In this document: positions 46,801 through 61,319 of the stretch, piece by piece | Numbering within the stretch: position 1 is the stretch's first letter | Layout: the number at the start of each line of letters is the position of its first letter | Assembly: GCF_963921235.1 (NCBI RefSeq) | Contig: NC_086100.1 | Location: 200,138,001-200,202,000, forward strand | Reading direction: 5' to 3' | DNA from: Mobula hypostoma | Taxonomy: Eukaryota | Length of the DNA: 64,000 nt | The notes under the pieces: model-generated | The model's input: only the letters and a program-made list of their open reading frames with translations | Databases searched by the model: none | What the model was told of the DNA's origin: nothing | Translations under genes and position numbers: made by a program

Positions 46801-49800
46801 ACTCTCCTCTCTCTCCCGACTCACTCGCCTCTCTCTCCCAGCTCCCTCTCCTCTCTCTACCCACTCCACACCCACACTCCTCTCTCCCCACTCCACACCC
46901 ACTCTCCTCTCTCTCCCCACTCCCCACCCACTCTCCTCTCTCCCCACTCCACACCAACTTTCCTCTCTCTCCCCACTCCCCACCCACTCTCCTCTCTCTC
47001 CCCACTCCCCAGCCACTCTCCTCTCTCTCCACTCGCCACCCACTCTCCTCTTTCCCCACTCACCACCCACTCCCCTCTCTCTCCCCCACTCCCCACCTAC
47101 TCTCCTCTCTCCCCACCCACTCTCCTCTCTCTCCCCCTCTCCCCACTCACTCTCCTCTCTCCCCCCACTCCCCACTCACTCTCCTCTCTCTCCCAACTCC
47201 CCACCCCCACCCACTCACCTCTCTCTCCTCACTGCACACCCACTCTCCTCTCTCTCCACTCCCCACCCACTCTCCTCTCTCTCCTCACTCCCCACCCACT
47301 TTCCTCTCTCTCCACACCCACTTTCCTCTCTCTCCTCACTCCTCACCAACTGTCCTCTCTCTCCCCACTCAACACCCACTCTCCTCTCTCCCCACCCACT
47401 CTCCTCTCTCTCCCCCTCTCCCCACCCACTCTCCTCTCTCCCCCACTCCCCACCCCCCACCCACTCACCTCTCTCTCTTCACTCCCCACCCACTCTCCTC
47501 TCTCTCCCCACTCCACACCCACTCTCCTCTCTCTCCCCACTCCACACCCACTCTCCTCTCTCTCCCCACTCCCCGCCCACTCTCCTCTCTCTCCCAACTC
47601 CACACCCACTCTCCTCTCTCCCCACTCCACACCCACTCTCCTCTCTCCCCACTCCACACCCACTCTCCACTCTCCCCACTCCTCACTCCTCACCAACTCT
47701 CCTCTCTCTCCCCACTCCCCACCAACTCTTCTCTCTCTCCCCACTCACCACCCACTCTCCTCTCTCCCTCCACTACCCACTCACTCTCCCCTCTCCCAAT
47801 TCCCCACCCACTCTCCTCTCTCTCCACACTCCCCATCCACTTTTCTCTCTCTCCCCACTCCACACCCACTCTCCTCTCACGCCACTCCCCACCCACTCTC
47901 CTCTCTCTCGCCACTCCCCACCAACTTTCCTTTCTCTTCCCACTCCCCACCCACTTCCCTCTCTCTCCCCACCCACTTTCCTCTCTCTCCCCACTCCGCA
48001 CCCACTCTCCACTCTCCCCACTCTCCACCCACTCTCCTCTCTCCCCACTCACCACCCACGCTCCTCTCTCTCCCCACTCACCACCCACTCTCCTCTCTCG
48101 CCACTCCCCACCCACTCTCCTCTCTCTCCCCACTCCCCACCCACTCTCCTCTCTCTCCCCACTCCCCACCCACTCTCCTCTCTCTCCGCTCCACACCCAC
48201 TCTCCTCTCCATCCCCACCCACTCCCCTCTCTCCCCACTCCCCACCCACTCTCCTCTCTCTCCTCACTGCACACCCACTCTCCTCTCTCACCCCACTCCC
48301 CACTCCCCGCTCCCCACCCACTCTCCTCTCTCTCCCCACTCCACACCCACTCTCCTCTCTCCCCACTCCACACCGACTCTCCTCTCTCTCCCCACTCCCC
48401 GCCCACTCTCCTCTCTCTCCCCACTCCACACCCACTCTCCTCTCTCCCCACCCACTCTCCTCTCTCTCCCCACTCCACACCCACTCTCCTCTCTCCCCAC
48501 TCCACACCCACTCTCCTCTCTCTCCCCACTCCACACCCACTCTCCTCTCTCCCCACTCCACACCCACTCTCTTCTCTCTCCCCACTCCCCACCCACTCTA
48601 CTCTCTGTTCCCACTCCTCACTCACTCTCCCCTCTCCAAACTCCCCACCCACTCTCCTCTCTCTCCACACTCCCCATCCACTTTCCTCTCTCTCCCCACT
48701 CCACACCCACTCTCCTCTCTCGCCACTCCACACCCACTCTCCTCTCTCGCCACTCACCACCCACTCTCCTCTCTCTCCCCACTCCCCACCAACTTTCCTC
48801 TCTCTTCCCACTCCCCACCCACTCTCCTCTCTCTCCCCACTCCACCCCCACTCTCCTCTCTCTCGCCACTCCACACCCACTCTCCTCTCTCCCCACTCCA
48901 CACCCACTCTCTTCTCTCCCCACTCCCTACCCGATCTCCACTCTCCCCACTCCTCACTCCTCACCTCTCTCTCCCCACTCAACACCCACTCTCCTCTCTC
49001 CCAACTCCCCACCCACTCTCCTCTCTCTCCCCACTCCCCACCCACTCACCTCTCTCTCCCCACTCCCCAGCCACTCTCCTCTCTCTCCACTCGCCACCCA
49101 CTCTCCTCTTTCCCCACTCACCACCCACTCCCCTCTCTCTCCCCCACTCCCCAACAACTCTCCTCTCTCCCCACCCACTCTCCTCTCTCTCCCCTTCTAC
49201 CCACTCACTCTTCTCTCTCCCCCCACTCCCCACTCACTCTCCTCTCTCTCCCCACTCCCCACCCCCCACCCACTCTCCTCTCTCCCCCCACTCCCCACTC
49301 CCCACCCACTCTCCTCTCTCTCCCTACTCCACACCCACTCTCCTCTCTCCCCACTCCACACCGACTCTCCTCTCTCCCGACTCCCCACCCACTCTCCTCT
49401 CTCTCCCCATTCCCCGCCCACTCTCCTCTCTCTCCCCACTCCACACCCACTCTCCTCTCTCCCCACCCACTCTCCTCTCTCTCCCCACTCCACACCCACT
49501 CTCCTCTCTCCCCAGTCCACACCCACTCTCCTCTCTCCCCACTCCACACCCACTCTCCTCTCTCTCCCCACTCACCACCCACTCTCCTCTCTCTCCCCAC
49601 TCCCCACCCACTCTCCTCTCTCTCCACACTCCCCATCCACTTTCCTCTCTCTCCCCACTCCACACCCACTGTCCTCTCTCATCACTCCCCACCCACTCTC
49701 CTCTCTCGCCACTCCCCACCCACTCTCCTCTCTCTCCCCACTCCCCACCAACTTTCCTCTCTCTTCCCACTCCCCACCCACTCTCCTCTCTCTCCCCACT

Positions 49801-52800
49801 CCACACCCACTCTCCTCTCTCGCCACTCCACACCCACTCTCCTCTCTCGCCACTCCCCACCCACTCTCCTCTCTCTCCCCACTCCCCACCAACTTTCCTC
49901 TCTCTTCCCACTCCCCACTCACTCTCCTCTCTCCCCACTCACCACCCACTCTCCTCTCTCTTCCCACTCCCCGCCCACTCTCCTCTCTCCCCACTCACCA
50001 CCCACTCTCCTCTCTCCCCACCCACTCTCCTCTCTCTCCCCCTCTCCCCACTAACTCTCCTCTCTCCCCCCACTCTCCACTCATTCTCCTCTCTCTCCCC
50101 ACTACCCACCCCCCACCCACTCACCTCTCTCTCCTCACTGCACACCCACTCTCCTCTCTCCCCACTCCCCACCGCTTCTCCTCTCTCTCCCCACTTCCCA
50201 CCCACTTTCCTCTCTCTCCCCACCCACTTTCCTCTCTCCCCCCACTCCCCGCCCACTCTCCTCTCTCCCCACTCCACCCCCACTCTCCTCTCTCTCCCCA
50301 CTCCACACCCACTCTCCTCTCTCTCCCCACTCACTCGCCTCTCTCTCCCAGCTCCCTCTCCTCTCTCTGCCCACTCCCCACCCACTCTCCTCCCTCTCCC
50401 AACTCCCCACCCACTCTCCTCTCTCTCCCCACTCCCCGTCCACTCTCCTCTCTCTCCCCACTACCCACCCCCCACCCACTCACCTCTCTCTCCTCACTGC
50501 ACACCCACTCTCCTCTCTCCCCACTCCCCACCCACTTTCCTCTCTCTCCCCACCCACTTTCCTCTCTCTCCTCACTCACTCTCCTCTCTCTCTCCACTCC
50601 CCACCCACTCTCCCCACTCCCCACCTACTCTCCTCTCTCCACACCCACTCTCCTCTCTCCACACCCACTCTCCTCTCTCTCCCCACTCCCCACCCACTCT
50701 CCTCTCTCTCCACTCCCCACCCCTCTCCTCTCTCCCCACTCCACACCCACTCGCCTCCCTCTCCCCACTCCCCACCCACTCTCCTCTCTCCCCACTCCCC
50801 ACCCACACTCCTCTCTCCACTCCCCACCCACGCTCCCCACTCCCCACCTACTCTCCTCTCTCTCCCCACTCCACACCCACTCTCCTCTCTCTCCCCACTC
50901 CCCACTCACTCTCCTCTCTCTCCCCACTCCCCACCCCCCACCCACTCACCTCTCTCTCCCCACTCCCCACCCACTTTCCTCTCTCCCCACTCCCCACCCA
51001 CTTTCCTCTCTCTCCCCACCCACTTTCCTCTCTCTCCCCACTCCCCACCCACTCTCCTCTCTCTCCCCACTCCCCACCCACTTTCCTCTCTCTCCCCACC
51101 CACTTTCCTCTCTCTCCCCACTCCCCACCCACTCTCCTCTCTCCCCACTCCCCACCCACTTTCCTCTCTCTCCCCATCCACTTTCCTCTCTCCCCACTCC
51201 CCACTCCCCACCCACTCACCTCTCTCTCCTCACTGCACACCCACTCTCCTCTCTCCCCACTCCCAACCCACTCTCCTCTCTCTCCCCACTCCCCACCCAC
51301 ATTCCTCTCTCTCCCCACCCACTTTCCTCTCTCTCCCCACTCCCCGCCCACTCTCCTCTCTCCCCACTCCACACCCACTCTCCTCTCTCCCAACTCCCTA
51401 CCCACTCTCCACTCTCCCCACTCCTCACTCCTCACCAACTCTCCTCTCTCTCCACTCCACACCCACTCTCCTCTCTCCCCCCACTCCCCACTCACTCTCC
51501 CCTGTCCCAACTCCCCACCCACTCTCCTCTCTCTCCACACTCAACACCCACTCTCCTCTCTCTCCCCACTCACTCGCCTCTCTCTCCCAGCTCCCTCTCC
51601 TCTCTCTACCCACTCCACACCCACTCTCCTCTCTCTGCCCACTCCCCACCCACTTTCCTCTCTCCCCACTCCCCACCCACTCTCCTCTCTCTCCCCACTC
51701 CCCACCCACTCTCCTCTCTCCCCACTCCCCACCCACTCTCCTCTCTCTCCCCACTCCCCAGCCACTCTCCTCTCTCTCCCCACTCCCCACCCACTCTCCT
51801 CTCTCCCCACTCCCCACCCACTCTCTTCTCTCTCCCCACTCCCCACCCACTCTCCTCTCTCTGCCCACTCCCCACCCACTCTCCTCTCTCCCCACTCCCC
51901 ACCCACTCTCTTCTCTCTCCCCACTCCCCACCCACTCTCCTCTCTCTGCCCACTCCCCACCCATTCTCCTCTCTCCCCACTCCCCACTCACTTTCCTCTC
52001 TCTCCCCACCCACTCCCTTCTCTCTCCCCACTCCCCACCCACTCTCCTCTCTCCCCACTCCCTCCCATTCTCCTCTCTCTCCCCACTCCCCACCCACTCT
52101 CCTCTCTGCCCCCACTCCCCATTTCTTTCCTCTCTCTCCCCACTCCACACCCACTCTCCTCTCTCCCCACTCCCCACCCACTCTCCTCTCTCTGCCCACT
52201 CCCCACCCACTCTCCTCTCTCCCCACTCCCCACCCTCTCTCCCCACTCCCCACCCACTCTCCTCTCTCCCCACTCTCCACTCACTTTCCTCTCTCTCTCC
52301 ACTCCCCACCCACACTCCTCTCTCCACTCCCCACCCACGCTCCCCACTCCCCACCTACTCTCCTCTCTCTCTCCACTCCACACCCCCTCTCCTCTCTCTC
52401 CCCACTCCCCACTCACTCTCCTCTCTCTCCCCACTCCCCACCCCCACCCACTCACCTCTCTCTCCTCACTGCACACACACTCTCCTCTCTCCCCACTCCC
52501 CACCCACTCTCCTCTCTCTCCCCACTCCCCACCCACTTTCCTCTCTCTCCCCACCCACTTTCCTCTCTCTCCCCACTCCCCACCCACTCTCCTCTCTCCC
52601 CACTCCCCACCCACTCTCCTCTCTCTCCCCACTCCCCACCCACTTTCCTCTCTCTCCCCACCCACTTTCCTCTCTCTCCCCACTCCCCACTCCCCACCCA
52701 CTCTCCTCTCTCTCCCCACTCCCCACCCACTTTCCTCTCTCTCCCCACCCACTTTCCTCTCTCTCCCCACTCCCCGCCCACTCTCCTCTCTCCCCACTCC

Positions 52801-55800
52801 CCACCCACTCTCCTCTCTCCCCACTCCCTACCCACTCTCCACTCTCCCCACTCCTCACTCCTCACCCACTCTCCTCTCTCTCCCCACTCCCCACCCACTC
52901 TCCTCTCTCTCCCCACTCCCCAGCCACTCTCCTCTCTCTCCCCACTCCCCACCCACTCTCCTCTCTCTCCCCACTCCCCAGCCACTCTCCTCTCTCTCCC
53001 CACTCCCCACCCACTCTCCTCTCTCCCCACTCCCCACCCACTCTCCTCTCTCTCCCCACTCCCCACCCACTCTCCTCTCTCCCCACTCCCCACCCACTCT
53101 CCTCTCTCTCCCCACTCCCCACCCACTCTCCTATCTCTGCCCACTCCCCACCCACTCTCCTCTCTCCCCACTCCCCACCCACTTTCCTCTCTCTCCCCAC
53201 CCACTCCCTTCTCTCTCCCCACTCCCCACCCACTCTCCTCTCTCTCCCCACTCCCCACCCACTTTCCTCTCTCTCCCCACCCACTTTCCTCTCTCTCCCC
53301 ACTCCCCGCCCACTCTCCTCTCTCCCCACTCCACACCCACTCTCCTCTCTCTCCCCACTCCCTACCCACTGTCCACTCTCCCCACTCCTCACTCCTCACC
53401 AACTCTCCTCTCTCTCCCCACTCAACACCCACTCTCCTCTCTCTGCCCACTCCCCACCCACTCTCCTCTCTCCCTCCACTACCCACTCACTCTCCCCTCT
53501 CCCAATTCCCCACCCACTCTCCTCTCTCTCCCCACTCCCCACCCACTTTCCTCTCTCTCCCCACCCACTTTCCTCTCTCTCCCCACTCCCCGCCCACTCT
53601 CCTCTCTCCCCACTCCACACCCACTCTCTTCTCTCCCCACTCCCTACCCACTGTCCACTCTCCCCACTCCTCACTCCTCACCAACTCTCCTCTCTCTCCC
53701 CACTCAACACCCACTCTCCTCTCTCTGCCCACTCCCCACCCACTTTCCTCTCTCTCCCCACTCCCCAGCCACTCTCCTCTCTCTCCCCACGCCACACACA
53801 CTCTCCTCTCTCCCCACTCCACACCCACTCTCCTCTCTCCCCACTCCCTACCAACTCTCCACTCTCCCCACTCCTCACTCCTCACCAACTCTCCTCTCTC
53901 TCCCCACTCCCCACCCACTCTCCTCTCTCTCCCCACTCACCACCCACTCTCCTCTGTCTCCCCACCCACTCTCCTCTGTCCCCCCACTCCCCACTCACTC
54001 TCCCCTCTCCCAACTCCCCACCCACTCTCCTCTCTCTCACACTCAACACCCACTTTCCGCTCTCTCCCCACTCACTCGCCTCTCTCTCCCAGCTCCCTCT
54101 CCTCTCTCTACCCACTCCACACCCACTCTCCTCTCTCTGCCCACTCCCCACCCACTCTCCTCTCTCCCCACTCCCCACCCACTTTCCTCTCTCCCCACTC
54201 CCCACCCACTCTCCTCTCTCTCCCCACTCCCCACCCACTCTCCTCTCTCCCCACTCCCCACCCACTCTCCTCTCTCTCCCCACTCCCCACCCACTCTCCT
54301 CTCTCTCCCCACTCCCCAGCCACTCTCCTCTCTCTCCCCACTCCCCACCCACTCTCCTCTCTCCCCACTCCCCACCCACTCTCTTCTCTCTCCCCACTCC
54401 CCACCCACTCTCCTCTCTCTGCCCACTCCCCACCCACTCTCCTCTCTCCCCACTCCCCACCCACTCTCCTCTCTCTCCCCACTCCCCACCCACTCTCCTC
54501 TCTCCCCACTCCCCACCCACTCTCCTCTCTCTCCCCACTCCCCACGCACTCTCCTCTCTCTCCCCACTCCCCAGCCACTCTCCTCTCTCTCCCCACTCCC
54601 CACCCACTCTCCTCTCTCCCCACTCCCCACCCACTCTCTTCTCTCTCCCCACTCCCCACCCACTCTCCTCTCTCTGCCCACTCCCCACCCACTCTCCTCT
54701 CTCCCCACTCCCCACCCACTTTCCTCTCTCTCCCCACCCACTCCCTTCTCTCTCCCCACTCCCCACCCACTCTCCTCTCTCCCCACTCCCTCCCATTCCC
54801 CTCTCTCTCCCCACTCCCCACCCACTCTCCTCTCTCCCCCCGCTCCCCACTCACTCTCCCCTCTCCCAACTCCCCACCCACTCTCCTCTCTCTCCACACT
54901 CCCCATCCACTTTCCTCTCTCTGCCCACTCCACACCCACTCTCCTCTCTCGCCACTCCCCACCCACTCTCCTCTCTCTCCCCACTCCACACCCACTCTCC
55001 TCTCTCATCACTCCCCACCCACTCTCCTCTCTCGCCACTCCCCACCCACTCTCCTCTCTCTCCCCACTTCCCACCAACTCTACTCTCTCTTCCGACTCCC
55101 CACCCACTCTCCTCTCTCTCCCCACTCCACACCCACTCTCCTCTCTCGCCACTCCACACCCACACTCCTCTCACTCCCCACTCCCCACCAACTTTCCACT
55201 CTCTCCCCACTCCACACCCACTCTCCTCTCTCCCCACTCCCCACCCACTCTCCTCCTCTCTCCCCACTCCCCACCCACTCTCCTCTCTCCCCATTCCACA
55301 CCCACTCTCCTCTCTCTCCCCACTCCACACCCACTCTCCTCTCTCTCCACTCACCACCCACTCCCCTCTCTCTCCCCCACTCCCCACCCACTCTCCTCTC
55401 TCCCCACTCACCACCCACTCTCCTCTCTCCCCACTCCCCACCCACTCTCCTCTCTCCCCATTCCACACCCACTCTCCTCTCTCTCCCCACTCCACACCCA
55501 CTCTCCTCTCTCTCCACTCACCACCCACTCCCCTCTCTCTCCCCCACTCCCCACCCACTCTCCTCTCTCCCCACTCACCACCCACTCTCCTCTCTCCCCA
55601 CTCCCCACCCACTTTCCTCTCTCTCCCCACCCACTCCCCTCTCTCTACCCCCCACTCCCCACCCACTCTCCTCTCTCCCCACTCCCCACCCACTTTCCTC
55701 TCTCTCCCCACCCACTCTCCTCTCTCTCCCCACTCCCCAGCCACTCTCCTCTCTCTCCCCACTCCCCACCCACTCTCCTCTCTCCCCACTCCCCACCCAC

Positions 55801-58800
55801 TCTCCTCTCTCTCCCCACTCCCCACCCACTCTCCTCTCTCCCCACTCCCCACCCACTCTCCTCTCTCTCCCCACTCCCCACCCACTCTCCTATCTCTGCC
55901 CACTCCCCACCCACTCTCCTCTCTCCCCACTCCCCACCCACTTTCCTCTCTCTCCCCACTCCCCACCCACTCTCCTCTCTCTCCCCACTCCCCACCCACT
56001 CTCCTCTCTCTCCCCACTCCCCACCCACTTTCCTCTCTCTCCCCACCCACTTTCCTCTCTCTCCCCACTCCCCGCCCACTCTCCTCTCTCCCCACTCCAC
56101 ACCCACTCTCTTCTCTCCCCACTCCCTACCCACTGTCCACTCTCCCCACTCCTCACTCCTCACCAACTCTCCTCTCTCTCCCCACTCAACACCCACTCTC
56201 CTCTCTCTGCCCACTCCCCACCCACTCTCCTCTCTCCCTCCACTCCCCACCCACTCTCCTCTCTCTCCCCACTCACCACCCACTCTCCTCTGTCTCCCCA
56301 CTCCCCACCCACTCTCCTCTGTCCCCCCACTCCCCACTCACTCTCCCCTCTCCCAACTCCCCACCCACTCTCCTCTCTCTCACACTCAACACCCACTTTC
56401 CGCTCTCTCCCCACTCACTCGCCTCTCTCTCCCAGCTCCCTCTCCTCTCTCTACCCACTCCACACCCACTCTCCTCTCTCTGCCCACTCCCCACCCACTC
56501 TCCTCTCTCCCCACTCCCCACCCACTTTCCTCTCTCCCCACTCCCCACCCACTCTCCTCTCTCTCCCCACTCCCCACCCACTCTCCTCTCTCTCCCCACT
56601 CCCCACCCACTCTCCTCTCTCCCCACTCCCCACCCACTCTCCTCTCTCTCCCCACTCCCCAGCCACTCTCCTCTCTCTCCCCACTCCCCACCCACTCTCC
56701 TCTCTCCCCACTCCCCACCCACTCTCTTCTCTCTCCCCACTCCCCACCCACTCTCCTCTCTCTGCCCACTCCCCACCCACTCTCCTCTCTCCCCACTCCC
56801 CACCCACTCTCCTCTCTCTCCCCACTCCCCACCCACTCTCCTCTCTCCCCACTCCCCACCCACTCTCCTCTCTCTCCCCACTCCCCACGCACTCTCCTCT
56901 CTCTCCCCACTCCCCAGCCACTCTCCTCTCTCTCCCCACTCCCCACCCACTCTCCTCTCTCCCCACTCCCCACCCACTCTCCTCTCTCCCCACTCCCCAC
57001 CCACTCTCCTCTCTCTCCCCACTCCCCACCCACTCTCCTCTCTCCCCACTCCCCACCCACTTTCCTCTCTCTCCCCACCCACTCCCTTCTCTCTCCCCAC
57101 TCCCCACCCACTCTCCTCTCTCCCCACTCCCTCCCATTCCCCTCTCTCTCCCCACTCCCCACCCACTCTCCTCTCTCCCCCCGCTCCCCACTCACTCTCC
57201 CCTCTCCCAACTCCCCACCCACTCTCCTCTCTCTCCACACTCCCCATCCACTTTCCTCTCTCTGCCCACTCCACACCCACTCTCCTCTCTCGCCACTCCC
57301 CACCCACTCTCCTCTCTCTCCCCACTCCACACCCACTCTCCTCTCTCATCACTCCCCACCCACTTTCCTCTCTCTCGCCACTCCCCACCCACTCTCCTCT
57401 CTCTCCCCACTTCCCACCAACTCTACTCTCTCTTCCGACTCCCCACCCACTCTCCTCTCTCTCCCCACTCCACACCCACTCTCCTCTCTCGCCACTCCAC
57501 ACCCACTCTCCTCTCTCTCCCCACTCCCCACCAACTTTCCACTCTCTCCCCACTCCACACCCACTCTCCTCTCTCCCCACTCCCCACCCACTCTCCTCCT
57601 CTCTCCCCACTCCCCACCCACTCTCCTCTCTCCCCATTCCACACCCACTCTCCTCTCTCTCCCCACTCACTCGCCTCTCCCACCTCTCCTCTCTCTCCAC
57701 TCACCACCCACTCCCCTCTCTCTCCCCCACTCCCCACCCACTCTCCTCTCTCCCCACTCACCACCCACTCTCCTCTCTCCCCACTCACCACCCACTCCCC
57801 TCTCTCTACCCCCCACTCCCCACCCACTCTCCTCTCTCCCCACTCCCCACCCACTTTCCTCTCTCTCCCCACCCACTCTCCTCTCTCTCCGCACTCCACA
57901 CCCACTCTCCTCTCTCCCCACTCGCCTACCCGCTCTCCACTCTCCCCACTCCTCACTCCTCACCTCTCTCTCCCCACTCAACACCCACTCTCCTCTCTCT
58001 CCCCACTCACTCGCCTCTCCCAGCTCCCTCTCCTCTCTCTACCCACTCCACACTCACTCTCCTCTCTCTGCCCACTCCCCACCCACTCTCCTCTCTCCCC
58101 AATCCCCACCCACTCTCCTCTCTCTCCCCACCCACTCCCTTCCCTCTCACCACTCCCCACCCACTCTCCTCTCTCTCCCCCTCTCCCCACTCACTCTCCT
58201 CTCTCTCCCCACTCCCCACCCCCCACCCACTCACCTCTCTCTCCCCACCCACCCACTCTCCTCTCTCCCCACTCCCCACCCACTCTCCTCTCTCTGCCCA
58301 CCCACTTTCCTCTCTCTCCCCACCCACTTTCCTCTCTCTCCTCACTCCTCACTAACTCTCCTCTCTCCCCACCCACTCTCCTCTCTTTCCCCCTCTCCCC
58401 ACTCACTCTCCTCTCTCCCCCCACTCCCCACTCACTCTCCTCTCTCTCCCCACTCCCCACTCCCCACCCACTCTCCTCTCTCTCCCCACTCCACACCCAC
58501 TCTCCTATCTCCCCACTCCACACCCACTTTCCTCTCTCTCCCCACTCCCCGCCCACTCTCCTCTCTCTCCCCACTCCACACCCACTCTCCTCTCTCCCCA
58601 CTCCCCACCCACTCTCCACTCTCCCCACTTCTCACTCCTCACCAACTCTCCTCTCTCTCCCCACTCCCCACCTACTCTCCTCTCTCCCCCCACTCCCCAC
58701 TCACTCTCCCCTCTCCCAACTCCCCACCCACTCTCCTCTCTCTCCACACTCAACACCCACTCTCCTCTCTCTCCCCACTCACTCGCCTCTCTCTCCCAGT

Positions 58801-60905
58801 TCCCTCTCCTCTCTCTACCCGCTCCACACCCACTCTCCTCTCTCTGCCCACTCCCCACCCACTCTCCTCTCTCCCCACTCCCCACCCACTCTCCTCTCTC
58901 TCCCTACCCACTCCCTTCCCTCTCCCCACTCCCCACCCACTCTCCTCTCTCTCCCCCTCTCCCCACTCACTCTCCTCTCTCTCCCCACTCCCCACCCCCC
59001 ACCCACTCACCTCTCTCTCCTCACTGCACACCCACTCTCCTCTCTCTCCCCACTCCCCACCCACTTTCCTCTCTCTCCCCACCCACTTTCCTCTCTCTCC
59101 TCACTCCTCACCAACTCTCCTCTCTCCCCACCCACTCTCCTCTCTTTCCCCCTCTCCCCACTCACTCTCCTCTCTCCCCCCACTCCCCACTCACTCTCCT
59201 CTCTCTCCCCACTCCCCACTCCCCACCCACTCTCCTCTCTCTCCCCACTCCACACCCACTCTCCTATCTCCCCACTCCACACCCACTTTCCTCTCTCTCC
59301 CCACTCCCCGCCCACTCTCCTCTCTCTCCCCACTCCACACCCACTCTCCTCTCTCCCCACTCCCCACCCACTCTCTACTCTCCCCACTCCTCACTCCTCA
59401 CCAACTCTCCTCTCTCTCCCCACTCCCCATCTACTCTCCTCTCTCCCCCCACTCCCCACTCACTCTCCCCTCTCCCAACTCCCCACCCACTCTCCTCTCT
59501 CTCCACACTCAACACCCACTCTCCTCTCTCTCCCCACTCACTCGCCTCTCTCTCCCAGCTCCCTCTCCTCTCTCTACCCGCTCCACACCCACTCTCCTCT
59601 CTCTGCCCACTCCCCACCCACTCTCCCTCTCTCCCCACTCCCCACCCACTTTCCTCTCTCTCCCCACCCACTCCCTTCTCTCTCCCCACTCCCCACTCAC
59701 TCTCCTCTCTCCCCCACTCCCCACTCACTCTCCCCTTTCCCAACTCCCCACCCACTCTCCTCTCTCTCCACACTCCCCATCCACTTTCCTCTCTCTCCCC
59801 ACTCCACACCCACTCTCCTCTCTCTCCCCACTCCCCACCCACTCTCCTCTCTCTCCCCACTCCCCACCCACTCTCCTCTCTCTCCCCACTCCACACCCAC
59901 TCTCCTCTCTCACCACTCCCCACCCACTCTCCTCTCTCTCCCCACTCCCCACCCACTCTCCTCTCTCCCCACTCCCCACCCACTCTCCTCTCTCTCCCCA
60001 CTCCCCACCCACTCTCCTCTCTCTCCCCACTCCACACCCACTCTCCTCTCTCCCCACTCCCCACCCACTCTCCTCCTCTCTCCCCACTCCCCACCCACTC
60101 TCCTCTCTCCCCACTCCACACCCACTCTGCTCTCTCTCCCCACTCCACACCCACTCTCCTCTCTCGCCACTCCCCACTCTCTCTCCTCTCTCTCCCCTCT
60201 CCACACCCACTCTTCTCTCTCCCCACTCGCCACCCACTCTCCTCTCTCTCCACTCCACACCCACTCTCCTCTCTCCCCACTCACCACCCACTCCCCTCTC
60301 TCTCCCCCACTCCCCACCCACTCTCCTCTCTCCCCACCCACTCTCCTCTCTCTCCCCCTCTCCCCACTCACTCTCCTCTCTCCCCACTCCCCACCCACTC
60401 TCCTCTCTCTCCGCACTCCCCACCCACTTTCCGCTCTCTCCCCACCCACTTTCCTCTCTCTCCCCACTCTCCTCTCTCTCCGTACTCCACACCCACTCTC
60501 CTCTCTCCCCACTCCCTACCCGCTCTCCACTCTCCCCACTCCTCACTCCTCACCTCTCTCTCCCCACTCAACACCCACTCTCCTCTCTCTCCCCACTCAC
60601 TCGCCTCTCTCTCCCAGCTCCCTCTCCTCTCTCTACCCACTCCATACTCACTCTCCTCTCTCTGCCCACTCCCCACCCACTCTCCTCTCTCCCCACTCCC
60701 CACCCACTCTCCTCTCTCTCCCCACCCACTCCCTTCCCTCTCCCCACTCCCCACCCACTCTCCTCTCTCTCTCCACTCCCCACCCACTCTCCTCTCTCTC
60801 CCCACTCCCCACTCACTCTCCTCTCTCTCCGCTCCACACCCACTCTCCTCTCTCTCCCCACTCCCCACCCACACACCTCCCTCTCCCCACTCCTCACCCA
60901 TCCAT
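40800..60905. repeat. ~20 kb C/T-rich satellite, core unit ~27/29 bp ctccccactccccacccactctcctct(ct)
   Basis: Continuous variant repeats; G almost absent on +. Confidence 0.97.
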
Positions 60906-61049
60906 CTCCAATTTTACCTCAGATTTCCAGTGTCTGCAGTTTCCTTTCGATGCTGCTGTTAGCTGAATGTTCGTGGTGTGGGACACACACAATGTACCCG
61001 TAATGGGTTTGGCCATGTCTACGGCTTTTTGTGGACCTTACCATTCAAA

Positions 61050-61170
61050 GGCTTTGGTGTTCCCCTAGCAAGCCGTAACTCAACCAGTCAATATACTCTC
61101 CATCACAAATCAATGGAAGTGTGTCAAAGTTTGATATGACAGGCCGAAACTTCACAAACTTCTAAGAGAG
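61050..61170 (-). mobile_element. Short Rex1/Babar-like LINE fragment
   Basis: Minus strand resembles LRSL.SFGL..TL..F..FVMESILTG. Confidence 0.45.
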
Positions 61171-61319
61171 CACTGAGAGGGAGCACTAGAAGAGAGCTAC
61201 CTTTTCAATCAGGTCCTCTCTCAAGATCAACAAGGCAGAACTTCATGGCAGTGTCTCAGAGTTGGACTGTAACTCATCACTGAGCGGGATTCATAACAGA
61301 GGGTGAATGAAAATAATTC

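Noticed and set aside
36835..60905. CRISPR-like or telomeric array
   Set aside because: No unique spacers, no cas genes, no TTAGGG units; the context is eukaryotic.
40738..60966. 6742-aa Pro/Ser/Leu/His/Thr ORF (mucin- or extensin-like) and the 1596-aa overlapping ORF
   Set aside because: Satellite DNA almost lacking G and TAA rarely forms stops. The starts are non-ATG, several frames are open at once, and unit lengths shift frame freely.
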